From contig CAVTJJ010000004.1 in assembly GCA_963735035.1 (NCBI GenBank), positions 1,120,001 to 1,184,000 on the forward strand: a stretch of DNA of 64,000 nt, in the 5' to 3' direction. This document shows, piece after piece, positions 8,810 to 19,742 of this stretch. Every line of letters starts with the position of its first letter. Within the stretch, counting starts at the first letter, position 1. Under the pieces are notes generated by a model, which worked only from the letters and a program-made list of their open reading frames with translations, ran no database searches and was not told the origin of the DNA. A program made the position numbers and the translations under genes. Origin of the DNA: an uncultured candidate division Zixibacteria bacterium (GTDB lineage: Bacteria; Zixibacteria; MSB-5A5; GN15; FEB-12).

Positions 8810-10466
8810 ATGCCGCCGAAATCCGTCAAAGCTGCGCGAGGTCTCAAGATCTCCTGTAAGGGTTGGGCCCAGGAAGCCGCCCTCCGCATGCTTAATAACA
8901 ATCTCGACGCCGAAGTCGCCGAAAAGCCAAAAGAACTGATCATCTACGGCGGTTCCGGCAAAGCGGCCCGCAACTGGCAGTGCTACGACGCCATCGTCAA
9001 GTCGCTCAAGTCGCTCGGTAACGACGAAACGTTGCTGGTACAATCCGGCAAACCGGTTGGCATTTTTCGTACGCACGAGTACGCTCCCCGCGTTTTGATT
9101 GCCAACTCGCATCTGGTACCGAAATGGGCGACCTGGGAGAACTTTCGCGACCTTGAAGACCGAGGGCTGATCATGTACGGCCAGATGACCGCCGGAAGCT
9201 GGATTTACATTGGCACCCAGGGGATTATCCAGGGGACCTACGAGACCTTCGCCGCCATCGCCGACCAGCATTTCAAAGGTGACCTGACCGGACGCTGGAT
9301 CCTGACCGGTGGTATGGGGGGGATGGGTGGCGCCCAGCCGCTCGCAGGCACCATGGCGGGAGCATCGATCTTGTGTGTCGAAGTCGATGAAGCGCGGATC
9401 GACCGTCGCGTCAAAATCGGTTATTGCGACATCAAAGTGAAAGCGCTGGACAAAGCCCTCAAGCTGGTCAAAGAGCACGCCAAATCAGGCGAGCCGATCT
9501 CAATTGGTCTGGTAGGCAATTGCGCTGAAATATTCCCAGAAATCTACCGTCGTGGGATTATTCCCGACATCGTCACCGATCAAACTTCGGCCCACGATGA
9601 ACTAAACGGTTACGTTCCCGAACGATTGACAATTCAAGAGGCCGGGCATCTTCGCAAGAACAATCCCAAAGGGTATATCGCACGTTCCTTCGAGTCGATG
9701 GTCAAACATTGCGACGCGATGGTGAAGTTTCTTCGGGCCGGTTCGATCGTATTCGACTACGGCAACAACCTGCGCGGACAGGCGGAAACCGGTGGCTTGA
9801 AGACCGCTTTTTCGTACCCCGGTTTTGTCCCGGCGTATGTTCGCCCGTTATTTTGCGAAGGTCGCGGCCCGTTCCGCTGGGTGGCGTTGTCGGGCGATCC
9901 CAAAGATATAGCCGTTACCGACGAGAGTCATCCTGTCGACTTTCAAGAAGAACAAGTCACTTGTTCGCTGGATAAACAAGGCGCGCGAACGGATTCCGTT
10001 CCAGGGCCTTCCGGCTCGCGTCTGCTGGCTCGGTTACGGCGAGCGGGCAGAGTTCGGTGACATTATCAACACGTATGTCAAGAACGGCAAGATTTCGGCT
10101 CCGGTTGTCATCGGCCGGGACCATCTCGATTGCGGCTCGGTGGCGTCGCCGTATCGCGAGACCGAGGGCATGCTCGACGGTTCCGATGCTATCGCCGACT
10201 GGCCGCTCCTTAACGGCCTGCTCAACACGGCGTCGGGGGCAAGTTGGGTGTCGATACACCACGGCGGCGGAGTCGGGATTGGTCTGTCGATTCATGCCGG
10301 AATGGTGATTGTCGCCGACGGCACGAAAGAGATGGGGGATCGACTCAACCGGGTGCTGACTAACGATCCGGGAACGGGTGTGATGCGCCATGCCGACGCC
10401 GGATACAAAGACGCCCGGGCGTTCGCTAAGAAGCACAAAGTGAAGATCCCGATGGCGGGAAAGTAG
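8810..10466 (+). CDS. hutU: Urocanate hydratase (one +1 frameshift near 9926)
   Basis: [30 protein letters not shown] and VTDQTSAHD motifs. After removing one base at ~9926 the frame continues [16 protein letters not shown]...GRDHLD...HHGGGVG. Confidence 0.95.
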
Positions 10467-10490
10467 CCGCTCAGTCAGCAATCTGTTCGG

Positions 10491-10576
10491 GTGGCTGGTG
10501 GACGTCCTCGTCCACCAGCTTCGGGCGTGAAGAAGCGGAGCCATGGTGTTGGCGCACGAGGACGTACGCCAACCAC
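10491..10576. repeat. Inverted pair of REP-like palindromes (REPIN-like)
   Basis: GTGGCTGGTGGACGTCCTCGTCCACCAGC on + and GTGGTTGGCGTACGTCCTCGTGCGCCAAC on -, with compensatory stem changes. Confidence 0.7.
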
Positions 10577-10619
10577 GTCAGTGGCGTAGCGGCAGGTAAC
10601 TTGCCGCTCCAGTTTATGT

Positions 10620-10647
10620 TTGACCCTTTGCACTATCGCCGTATATT
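10620..10647 (+). promoter_or_regulatory. Sigma70-type promoter of hutI
   Basis: TTGACC-N16-TATATT, 6 nt before the ATG. Confidence 0.55.
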
Positions 10648-10653
10648 CCCCCA

Positions 10654-11922
10654 ATGCCACGTGAGAAGAAAGCCACACTCTTAATCAATAATATCGGTCA
10701 GTTGATTACCATGGCCGGACCGGTACCGCGCACCGGCGCTTCCATGAACGACCTGGGTCTGTTCGAAAACGGCGGCGTGGCGGTAGCCGGCGAAGAAATC
10801 CTGGCGGCCGGACCCTGGGAAGAAGTCCAGGGGAAGGTCCAGCTTTCGGAAGGGTGTCGAGTAATTGATGCCGGCGGGGGATTGGTGACGCCCGGTCTGA
10901 TCGACCCGCACACGCATCCGGTTTTTGCCCGCACCCGCGAGCGGGAATTCGAGATGCGGGCCCAGGGCAAGTCGTACATGGAAATCGCGCAGAGCGGCGG
11001 TGGTATTCGGTCCTCGGTCCGCGATTTGCGCGCTGCCGATTCGGAGACACTCAGGAAACACACCCGGCAGGTTCTCGACCGCATGCTGGCTCACGGCATC
11101 ACGACGGTCGAAGCAAAATCCGGCTACGGTTTGTCACTCGAGGCTGAAGTCAAATCACTCGAAGTAATTCGCGATCTCAACCAGGTACACCCCATCGATC
11201 TGGTCCCGACTTTTCTCGGCGCCCACGAAGTTCCCGACGAATATCGCAAAGACCGCGAAGAGTACATCCGCATTATTGTCGAAGAAATGATTCCGGCGGT
11301 CGCCAAGCAGGAACTGGCCGAGTACTCGGATATCTTCTGCGAAGTCGGCGTGTACAGTGTCGAAGAATCACGGGGTATCCAGCAGGCGGCACTCGATGCC
11401 GGTCTGAAACTCCGTTTTCACGCCGATGAGTTGGCCGGTACGGGCGGTTCCGAGTTGGCCGCCGAGATGGGCGCGACTTCGGCCGACCATATTGTCTATA
11501 TTTCTGATGTTGGCATTAAAGCTCTGGCCCAGTCGGGTACAGTTGCGGTACTGCTTCCGGGGACGACTTTTTCACTGGGCGGGACCAAATACGCGCCGGC
11601 CCGAAAGCTGATAGAGGCCGGGGCGACCGTGGCGTTGTCCACCGATTGCAACCCGGGTTCAAGCTATACTGAATCGCTGGCAATCATAATCTCGCTGGCG
11701 GTGCTGCAATTGAAAATGACCACGGCCGAGGCATTGTCCGCCGTGACCGTCAACGCGGCCGCCGCGGTCGACCGGGCCGGCAAGATCGGCCGTCTCGTGC
11801 CGGGGCTCCTGGCCGATCTGGTCGTCTGGGACATGGCCGATTATCGGGAACTCCCGTATCATTACGGTGTCAACCTGGTTTCGAAAGTCGTCAAACGGGG
11901 CAAGGTTGTGGTCGAGCTCTGA
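10654..11922 (+). CDS. hutI: Imidazolonepropionase
   Basis: PGLIDPHTH, GGGI..SV, EAKSGYGL, TFLGAH, HADEL and TDCNPGS motifs. Confidence 0.96.
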   Translation: MPREKKATLLINNIGQLITMAGPVPRTGASMNDLGLFENGGVAVAGEEILAAGPWEEVQGKVQLSEGCRVIDAGGGLVTPGLIDPHTHPVFARTREREFEMRAQGKSYMEIAQSGGGIRSSVRDLRAADSETLRKHTRQVLDRMLAHGITTVEAKSGYGLSLEAEVKSLEVIRDLNQVHPIDLVPTFLGAHEVPDEYRKDREEYIRIIVEEMIPAVAKQELAEYSDIFCEVGVYSVEESRGIQQAALDAGLKLRFHADELAGTGGSELAAEMGATSADHIVYISDVGIKALAQSGTVAVLLPGTTFSLGGTKYAPARKLIEAGATVALSTDCNPGSSYTESLAIIISLAVLQLKMTTAEALSAVTVNAAAAVDRAGKIGRLVPGLLADLVVWDMADYRELPYHYGVNLVSKVVKRGKVVVEL

Positions 11923-11964
11923 ACGACGGAACGTGAACGCGGCTCGCGGGTTTAAGATATAACG

Positions 11965-12465
11965 ATGCGCACTTACCGAGGAGTCATCATGACGGTGTTG
12001 GTACTGGCTTCGAGCCTGATGCCGGTAGCCTGTGGGGTGTACTCTTTCAATTCCAGGGGCAAATCCGATACCTCGACTTTGGCCGTTGAGCCGTTCGAAA
12101 ACCAGACCACCCAGTACGATCTGGCCGACCGGATGACCGAGGCCGTGGTGGATGCTTTCATCACCGACGGCACCATGAAGGTCGTCCCTCCGGATGTAGC
12201 GCAAGCGCTGCTGGTGGGCAAGCTGACGCGGTATGAGCGGGTGGCCCACGAGTTTGACCAGAACGATCAGGTTTCGAAATACAAAGTCATTGTCGGGGTT
12301 GATGTCGCGCTCAAGAACCCCAAAGATCAAAGCGATATCTGGACGATTCAATTGACGCTGGACGGAATTTACGACGCCGTAAGTCAGACCGAAGAAGATG
12401 GACAGCTGCTGGTGGCCGGGCAGCTAGTCGAGGCGGTTTTGAACAAAACGACCAAATCTTGGTGA
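11965..12465 (+). CDS. LptE-family LPS assembly lipoprotein
   Basis: Lipobox PVAC-G-V-Y-S-F, PFENQT, and C-terminal W as in FCB-group LptE-like proteins. An alternative start is at 11989. Confidence 0.7.
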   Translation: MRTYRGVIMTVLVLASSLMPVACGVYSFNSRGKSDTSTLAVEPFENQTTQYDLADRMTEAVVDAFITDGTMKVVPPDVAQALLVGKLTRYERVAHEFDQNDQVSKYKVIVGVDVALKNPKDQSDIWTIQLTLDGIYDAVSQTEEDGQLLVAGQLVEAVLNKTTKSW

Positions 12466-12537
12466 GGAGAAAGTCGATCGAATCCAATTGCTATCGGTGA
12501 AACGACTTGATATCCTAACTCAGGAGCGACGACAAAG

Positions 12538-13496
12538 ATGCAGATTTCCAGATTGAATATGGCGGTTCTGTTGACCGTTCTCACCCTGATCAACGGTGCC
12601 CGCGATGGTATACGGCAAGACCATCAATTCCGGCGCCGGGACCAGTGCGTTTCTCGTTCTTGAAAATCAATGTGGGCGCGCGCTCGGTGGCCATGGGGGG
12701 CGCGTTCACCGGTCTGGCCGACGATGAAACGTCGCTGTACTACAATCCGGCCGGCATAATTTCGTTTGAAGAGTCCCGGTTCATCGCCGAGTACAACAGT
12801 TACATTGCCGATCTTCAGTCAGGTTTCGCCGGATATATTCATCCTATTTCCGACAGCAAGGCGATCGGTTTGCAGATTTCATATCTGAATTACGGCGACT
12901 TCATTCAGACCGATCGTTCCGGCAATATCGAAGGTACTTTCGGGGGCGGCGATCTGATGGTGGCCGGAAGTTTTGCTTTCCGTCACGGCTATTACTTTTC
13001 CGCCGGAGCGACCGCGAAGTTGATATACGAGAAGATTCAGGATTTTTCGTCCACAGGCATAGCAATGGACCTGGGGCTGCGATATGCCGGTGATCGCAAT
13101 CGATACTCCGCCGGTCTCATGATTCAGAATATCGGCTCCCAGTTGTCCAGTCTGGGGACCGGCGAAAGCGACGCGTTGCCGACTACCGTTCGTATCGGTG
13201 GCTCAGCTCGGCCGCCCGGATTAAATACCGTCTTTACGAGTGATTTGATTCTGCCGTTCGACAACGATGCCCTGGTGGCGGTCGGCGCCGAATATTTCAA
13301 GCTCGATCCGCTCTTTCTTCGAATGGGCTGGAACAGTTTTGGTTCCAACTACCGGACTCAGTATGCCAGCGCCGGTGCGGCGGGAATGTCATTTGGTATC
13401 GGTCTTCGCTATCGGACCATGCAATTTTCCTACGCCTTTTCACCGGCGGCCGATTTGGGTGATTCTCACCGTGTGACTCTCACCGGAGGATTCTAG
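12538..13496 (+). CDS. PorV/PorQ-family outer-membrane beta-barrel (two +1 shifts near 12593 and 12650)
   Basis: FLKINVGARSVAMGGAF...YYNPAG motif and terminal Phe. The signal peptide (MQISRLNM...) and GAGTSAF lie in the two preceding frames. Confidence 0.8.
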
Positions 13497-13499
13497 GCG

Positions 13500-13968
13500 A
13501 TGTTTCGCGTGAACACTGTTTCAGCAATTACGCTGCTCGGTTTGATCGTCATCGGGCTGCTAGCCAATGGTTGTGGCGGTGGTGTCCGATATGACTGACC
13601 CTCGTAAGGTAGTAATTTCCTTGTTCGGCGCCATGGAGAAGAACGACGAAGCTGCATTGACACATCTTCTGGACTTGCCGGAGTTGATGCGTAACAGCCA
13701 GAAAGATTACGCCATTCAGCAGGACCAGGCCCGTGTTTTTACCAATCCTGAAGAAATTCTCAAAGACCTGACCGGTGATGGTGAGACGAAAAAAGTCTGG
13801 TTCGCTCATCAGCGGATTGTCGCCAATTCACGCATTACCGGCGAGACCGCCTCGGTGGAAGTTACTTTCATCGACAAGGCAGCTTCGCGCGGATATCGTA
13901 CCCTGTTCGGGTTGCACCTCAAGAACGGCGAATGGCGCATCTACTCGTTCAAGACGGTATCTGAATAG
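13500..13968 (+). CDS. Hypothetical lipoprotein, NTF2-like/DUF4878-like (+1 shift near 13580)
   Basis: ATG 13500 gives MFRVNTVSAITLLGLIVIGLLANG-C (lipobox), which joins the 13567 frame (DPRKVV...L.LKNGEWRI). Confidence 0.6.
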
Positions 13969-14090
13969 AACAACTACCCGCCGATCTTCAGCAAACGTCA
14001 CAATAATCCGGCTCTGAGGACGAGTTCTTGGGCGCATCCTTTATCCCCTGAACTCATACCAACTCCGCTTTTGGGCCGCCCAACAAGCTA

Positions 14091-14119
14091 TTGACTTCGG
14101 GGGGCGAAGAGCCTACCAT
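14091..14119 (+). promoter_or_regulatory. Sigma70-type promoter of the aspS operon
   Basis: TTGACT-N17-TACCAT. Confidence 0.6.
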
Positions 14120-14203
14120 ACCCGGCGCTATGAGCAAGTCGTGTGCGGCCTCAATCTTTGGCGAAATCGGCCGATAAACCTATAAATTACAGGAAGTTAA
14201 GGC

Positions 14204-16043
14204 TTGACTGTGCCTCCGTATTCCGAACTTAAACGCACTCATACCTGTGGCCAACTCAGAGCCGCCGACGTTGGTGTTGAAGTGCGCCTCAACGGCTGGG
14301 TTAACAGCAACCGTCACCTTGGCGGACTGCTCTTTATAGATCTTCGCGATCGGTACGGTCTGACCCAGGTCCTGATAGACCCCAAGACGCTCGATCCACA
14401 GATGTTGTCAGAGGCCGAGCGTTCCCGCCACGAGTTTGTCGTGGCCGTGGCCGGTACCGTGCGCCTTCGGCCTGAAGGAACCACCAACCCCGGCATGCCG
14501 ACTGGAGAAGTCGAATTAGTCTGTCGCCAGTTCCACATTCTCTCAGAGTCGAAAACGCCACCGTTTGAGATCGAAGACGAATCCAGCGCCAAAGAGTTGT
14601 TGAGACTCGAATATCGTTATTTGGATTTGAGACGCCGCCCGCTTCAGGAAGCTCTCAGAATCCGTCACGAGGCGACCCAGATTATCCGTCAGTACATGGA
14701 CAAGGCCGGATTCTACGACATCGAAACGCCGCTGCTGATTCGCTCCACTCCGGAAGGCGCCCGTGACTACGTCGTGCCGAGCCGTATCCAGAAGGGAAAA
14801 TTCTACGCCCTGCCGCAGTCGCCGCAGCTCTTGAAGCAGATCCTGATGATTTCGGGCTTTGACAAGTACTACCAACTGGCCCGCTGTCTGCGCGACGAGG
14901 ATCTCCGCTCCGACCGCCAACCGGAACATACTCAGTTGGACATGGAGATGTCTTTCGTTACGCCGGAAGATGTCTGGAATGTTATCGAAGGGGTCATAGT
15001 CGAACTGTACGGAAAGCTACTTGGGGCAACAATACCGCGTCCATTCCCGCGTTATGAATATTCTGAAGTGATCGCTCGCTGGGGTATCGACAAACCGGAT
15101 CTTCGGTTCGGAATGGAAATTGTCGACTTGACTGAAATCGCTGGGCAGAGCGAGTTCAAAGTGTTCAAGGATAACGTTGCGGGTGGAGGGGTAGTCAAAG
15201 GCATAGTACTCGAAGGCGGCGGTTCATACAGTCGCAAGCAAATTGACGATCTTACGGCGCTGGCCAAGGAAAACGGCGCGGGTGGCCTGGCCTATGTCCT
15301 GCGCGCTTCCGACGGCGACAAATCGCCCATTCTGAAATTCATCGGCGATTCTATCAAAGACCGTCTGATCGAAAAAGCCGGGGTCAAACCGGGCGACGCT
15401 CTGTTCATTATCTCGGACAAGCGTCTCAAGACGGAAATGATTTTGGGCCAGCTCAGACTTCATCTGGGACGTGAACACGGCCTGATCAAGGCGAATGACT
15501 ATCGTGTCCTGTGGGTCACGAATTTCCCCTTGTTTGAATTCGACGAGGCGACCGGACGCTTCAATGCCATGCATAACATCGTTTCACATCCGGTCGAAGC
15601 AGATTTGCACATGATCGACGAAGGCTTTCATACTTCGTTGCCCGGTACAAGTCCGGACCATCCGTGGCGTCGGGCCCGCGCATCGCAGTATGATATAGTC
15701 ATAAACGGTTGGGAAATCGGTTCCGGCGGACAGCGAATCAATCGACGTGAATTGCAGGAGCAAGTGCTTGCGATCCTGGGCATCGATAAGCAACGGGCCG
15801 ACCGCATGTTTGGATTTCTGCTTAGGGCGCTCGAATACGGCGCCCCGCCTCACGCCGGTGTGGCATTGGGTGTGGATCGACTTGGTAGCCATGATCTGTG
15901 GTCGGAGTTCGATCCGCGACGTTATCGCGTTTCCCAAGACCACTAATGCATCATCGCTCATGGACGACGCTCCATCATATTTGGATCCGGAGCAGCTTGA
16001 GGAACTCGGTCTTATAGTCAAAGAGGAGCCGCCGAACAGGTAG
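14204..16043 (+). CDS. aspS: Aspartyl-tRNA synthetase (+1 frameshift near 15883)
   Basis: [30 protein letters not shown] and GAPPHAG.ALG.DR motifs. The C-terminus ([11 protein letters not shown]) is in the +1 frame and ends at 16043. Confidence 0.96.
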
Positions 16044-16046
16044 CTT

Positions 16047-17030
16047 ATGAATCTGGACGAGCAAGACAGGAAAACGGTCGTAGTCGACCTCCACGGAGTG
16101 GATCAGAGACTGTTGTTCGGGCAGAACGACATGTTTCTTCGCGCCATCGAGACTCGTTTTGTCGCCAACATAGTCGCCCGGGGAGATCGTGTGACAGTGG
16201 AGGGAGACCCGCACGAAGTCGATCTCGTGGTGCGTTTGCTTCAGGACCTGGTAACACGCACGCGGACGGGGGATCACATTACCGATCAATACCTGAACTA
16301 TGCGATTTCGATGGTGCGCGAGAACGGTCGCGGGCCGGCCGCTGATATCGCTACTGAAGCGCTGTTGACCAGCGCCCTCAAGAAAGTCATCAAGCCGAAA
16401 ACGGTCGGGCAGACTCGCTATGTCGAGACGGTCGATCACAACGATATCGTATTTTCCATCGGCCCCGCCGGCACCGGCAAGACTTATCTGGCCTGCGCTA
16501 TGGCGGTGGCGGCGCTGAAGAGCAAGCGGGTCAACCGGGTCGTCTTTACCCGTCCGGCAGTCGAAGCCGGGGAGTCGCTGGGATTTCTCCCTGGTGACGT
16601 TCGCGCCAAGGTCGATCCATACCTGCGTCCGGTGTACGACGCTCTCTATGATATGCTGCAACCGGACAAGATTCGCAATCTGCTCGAGATCGGTGTGATC
16701 GAAATTGCTCCGCTCGCTTTTATGCGCGGGCGGACGCTCAATGAAGCGTTTGTCGTGCTCGACGAAGCTCAGAACTGCACCCAGGCTCAGATGAAGATGT
16801 TTCTGACCCGCATCGGCGAGAACTCCAAGGCTGTTATCACAGGCGATATCACGCAGATCGATCTGGCGGACCGTAAGGATTCAGGTCTGGTGAGGGTGCA
16901 GGGAGTACTGAAGAACATTCCAGGAATCGAGTTTGTTTATCTGACCGAGAAAGACGTCGTGCGCCATCATCTGGTGCAGAAGATCATAAAAGCGTACGAA
17001 CGATACGAAAAATCCAAACGGAAGAGTTAA
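16047..17030 (+). CDS. phoH: PhoH-family ATPase
   Basis: GPAGTGKT, RPAVEAGE.LGFLPG, APLAFMRGRTL and DEAQN motifs. Confidence 0.95.
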   Translation: MNLDEQDRKTVVVDLHGVDQRLLFGQNDMFLRAIETRFVANIVARGDRVTVEGDPHEVDLVVRLLQDLVTRTRTGDHITDQYLNYAISMVRENGRGPAADIATEALLTSALKKVIKPKTVGQTRYVETVDHNDIVFSIGPAGTGKTYLACAMAVAALKSKRVNRVVFTRPAVEAGESLGFLPGDVRAKVDPYLRPVYDALYDMLQPDKIRNLLEIGVIEIAPLAFMRGRTLNEAFVVLDEAQNCTQAQMKMFLTRIGENSKAVITGDITQIDLADRKDSGLVRVQGVLKNIPGIEFVYLTEKDVVRHHLVQKIIKAYERYEKSKRKS

Positions 17031-17051
17031 GGCGACAAGGACGCTCGCCCC

Positions 17052-19295
17052 ATGTTTACGTTTCTGCTGAGAGTGAAGCGCCGTATTCGGCGCCTCTTGA
17101 AGGTGCAAACCGAGGCACGTCAGGCCCAGGCCGTGACGCTTCGGTCGCGTACTTTGCGGTATTTGATGCTGGTACTCGCGGCGGTGACGATTAGCGTCTT
17201 TTATCCCGGTGAAATCTTCTACGACCCGCTCGATATGCCTCGCCAGGGTGAGATTGCCCGCGAGGATGTCACGGCTCCTTTCCCCATAACCATTCTCAAG
17301 AGCGAACAGCAGGTCAGGGAAGAGCGGGAGCAGATTCGGCGCTACACACCGTTCGTGCTGGATCGTGATACCCAGGTGGTGGCTGAAGCCGTCGACCGTC
17401 TCCGTCAGTTTGCTGATCTAGCTTCATCTTTGCGTCGTCATGCGAACGCCTCACGAGTGGGGCAGCGGTCGGATTTTCTCGATTCACTGACCAACGCTTT
17501 CCCCGGCCTCGGCCAGACCGCACTGGTCAAGGCTATCGATACCGACGTCAATTTCAAAGAATTGGCTGGCCGCTTGAGCGCCATATACCGCGAGCAAATA
17601 TATCGGGTCGGCGTCATGGCGGACATCGAGGCGCTCCCCCGCTACGGCAACCCGGCGGTGTCGGTTCGGGAAGGTGATCGCGAAAGCCAGTATGATCGCT
17701 CGCGCATCCTGGATATCAGCCTGGCGAATGCGCGTCTCACGACCGTTTTGAATCGCATAGCGGTCGATTCTGCGCTGGATGTCGACTTCTACTACAACGT
17801 AGGCAAGTGCTTTATTCTCCCCAATCTCACGGCCAATCCGGTGGAGTATGCGCGCCGGGTCGACGAGGCCCTGGGGCATATCTCTCCCGTTCTGAAGGAA
17901 ATCAACGCCGGCGACATAATTGTGTCGGTGCGCCAGAAAGTGACGGCCGAGCAGGAAGAAATTCTCAAGGAAATGGTCCAGATGATGCGACGGGAGGAGG
18001 CCGGTCGTGGCTGGTGGATTCCACTCATGCCGGTACTGGCCCGTTTCATTCTCGTGTTAGCCGCGCTTGCGGCGCTCTATTTGTTCCTGAAATATTTCCG
18101 GCCGGATGTGGCCAAGTCGAACCCCAAACTGCTGGCCATTTTCCTGGTCTTCGGTTTTCAGATATTTCTCGTGTTTCTGCTTGATAAGTTGGGACCGCAT
18201 TCGATCTACATCTATCCCGTCGCAGTGCTACCCGTGATGATTACGATTCTGTTCGACTCGGAAATAGGCATCCTGTCGACCTTCGTTCTGGCTATACTTC
18301 TGGGGATAATGCATCGATTCAGCTTCTCGCTGACTCTGGTAACGGCGGTGGTGGGATATGTCGGCTGCCTGACTTCGAGCAAAGTACGCAAGCGATCCGA
18401 TTTCTATCGCATCATGCTTTCAATCATACTGTCATACATCTTGCTGATTCTGGTGGTTGAGAAGCTGAAGCTCACCCCGAACGACGAGATGATCGTGGAA
18501 ATGGTGTACGGCGTGGTAGTGGGCGCGCTCTCTGTGATACTGGTGACGGGTGTGCTTCCGGTATTTGAATCGCTCTTCGGGATAACCACCGACACAACTC
18601 TGCTGGAACTCTCCGACTTGAATCATCCGCTCTTGCGTCGTCTCTCGATCGAGGCCCCGGGAACCTATCATCATTCGATTTCGGTGGGGAATCTGTCAGA
18701 ATCGGCGGCCGAAGCAGTCGGAGCCAATGCGCTACTGGCGCGGGTGGGCGCATACTACCACGATATCGGCAAAATCGAAGTGCCGGAATATTTCGTGGAA
18801 AATCAGTTCAGCGTACGCTCGAAACACGACGCCCTGACCCCGTCAATGTCGGCCATTATTCTTTCTTCGCACGTCAAGAAAGGCCGCATGCTGGGTGAGG
18901 AAGCGGATATACCCGACGATGTACTGAATTTTATCGAAGAGCACCACGGCACGATCGTGATGGAATATTTCTACAGTCGGGCGCGCGAACACGAAGGCGA
19001 TTCGGTCGACATTAACAAATTCCGGTATCCGGGGCCGAAGCCTCAGACGAGGGAAACCGGTATTGCCATGTTGGCGGACGCGGTCGAAGCAGCCAGTCGA
19101 ACGCTGGACGATCCCAAGCCGGCCCGGATTGACGCCCTCATACAGCGAATCATCAATGCCCGCTTCCAGTCGGGCGAACTCGACGAGTGCCCGCTGACCC
19201 TGCGCGATCTGGCCGGCATTCGAAAAGCCTTCACCCAGGTGTTGATTGCCGCCTTCCATCATCGTGTAAAATATCCCGGCGATCCGAAAGGTTAG
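17052..19295 (+). CDS. 7TM-HD (HDIG) membrane phosphohydrolase, PgpH-like
   Basis: Extracytoplasmic domain, ~7 TM helices, APGTYHHS, YYHDIGK, EHHGT and LADAVEAASR motifs. Conserved phoH-HD-ybeY context. Confidence 0.9.
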   Translation: MFTFLLRVKRRIRRLLKVQTEARQAQAVTLRSRTLRYLMLVLAAVTISVFYPGEIFYDPLDMPRQGEIAREDVTAPFPITILKSEQQVREEREQIRRYTPFVLDRDTQVVAEAVDRLRQFADLASSLRRHANASRVGQRSDFLDSLTNAFPGLGQTALVKAIDTDVNFKELAGRLSAIYREQIYRVGVMADIEALPRYGNPAVSVREGDRESQYDRSRILDISLANARLTTVLNRIAVDSALDVDFYYNVGKCFILPNLTANPVEYARRVDEALGHISPVLKEINAGDIIVSVRQKVTAEQEEILKEMVQMMRREEAGRGWWIPLMPVLARFILVLAALAALYLFLKYFRPDVAKSNPKLLAIFLVFGFQIFLVFLLDKLGPHSIYIYPVAVLPVMITILFDSEIGILSTFVLAILLGIMHRFSFSLTLVTAVVGYVGCLTSSKVRKRSDFYRIMLSIILSYILLILVVEKLKLTPNDEMIVEMVYGVVVGALSVILVTGVLPVFESLFGITTDTTLLELSDLNHPLLRRLSIEAPGTYHHSISVGNLSESAAEAVGANALLARVGAYYHDIGKIEVPEYFVENQFSVRSKHDALTPSMSAIILSSHVKKGRMLGEEADIPDDVLNFIEEHHGTIVMEYFYSRAREHEGDSVDINKFRYPGPKPQTRETGIAMLADAVEAASRTLDDPKPARIDALIQRIINARFQSGELDECPLTLRDLAGIRKAFTQVLIAAFHHRVKYPGDPKG

Positions 19296-19301
19296 ACCTC
19301 T

Positions 19302-19736
19302 ATGGAATTGAAAATCTATAAAGAGATACCGGCCCGACTGCCGTCCCAACAGCTTCAGGAACTTTTTGGCAGAGTAGTTCGCTCCGAAGGGAAAAGTCGC
19401 TGGGCGGCGCACGTGAACCTGATTGTCTGCTCCGACGCCCGTATTGCCAGCCTCAATCAACGGTTTCGCGGGATCGACCGCCCCACCGATGTCCTTTCTT
19501 TCAACCTGGATTCCCCGGAAGAAGCGGGTGACACTTTCGGTGAGATCTATATCGCCTGGCCGTATATTCGTCGTCAGGCGGCCGGACTGGGACGGGGACT
19601 CCATGAAGAATTTCTGCTACTGGTTTGTCACGGTCTTCTGCACCTTTTCGGACACGATCACGACATGCCGGCGCGCGAAGCGGCCATGTTCAAGCGGCAA
19701 GCCCGCTATCTCAAATCCGGCAAGGGAAGGAACTGA
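19302..19736 (+). CDS. ybeY: rRNA maturation RNase YbeY
   Basis: PTDVLSF and HGLLHLFGHDH motifs. Confidence 0.95.
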   Translation: MELKIYKEIPARLPSQQLQELFGRVVRSEGKSRWAAHVNLIVCSDARIASLNQRFRGIDRPTDVLSFNLDSPEEAGDTFGEIYIAWPYIRRQAAGLGRGLHEEFLLLVCHGLLHLFGHDHDMPAREAAMFKRQARYLKSGKGRN

Positions 19737-19742
19737 CGGCTC

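Noticed and set aside
13970..14203. T-box leader before aspS
   Set aside because: There is no T-box consensus or terminator, and the promoter lies only ~85 nt upstream of the start.
15870..15946. Programmed frameshifting or pseudogene status for aspS and the other split genes
   Set aside because: The sites share no slippery motif and the genes are otherwise intact. Sequencing error is more parsimonious.
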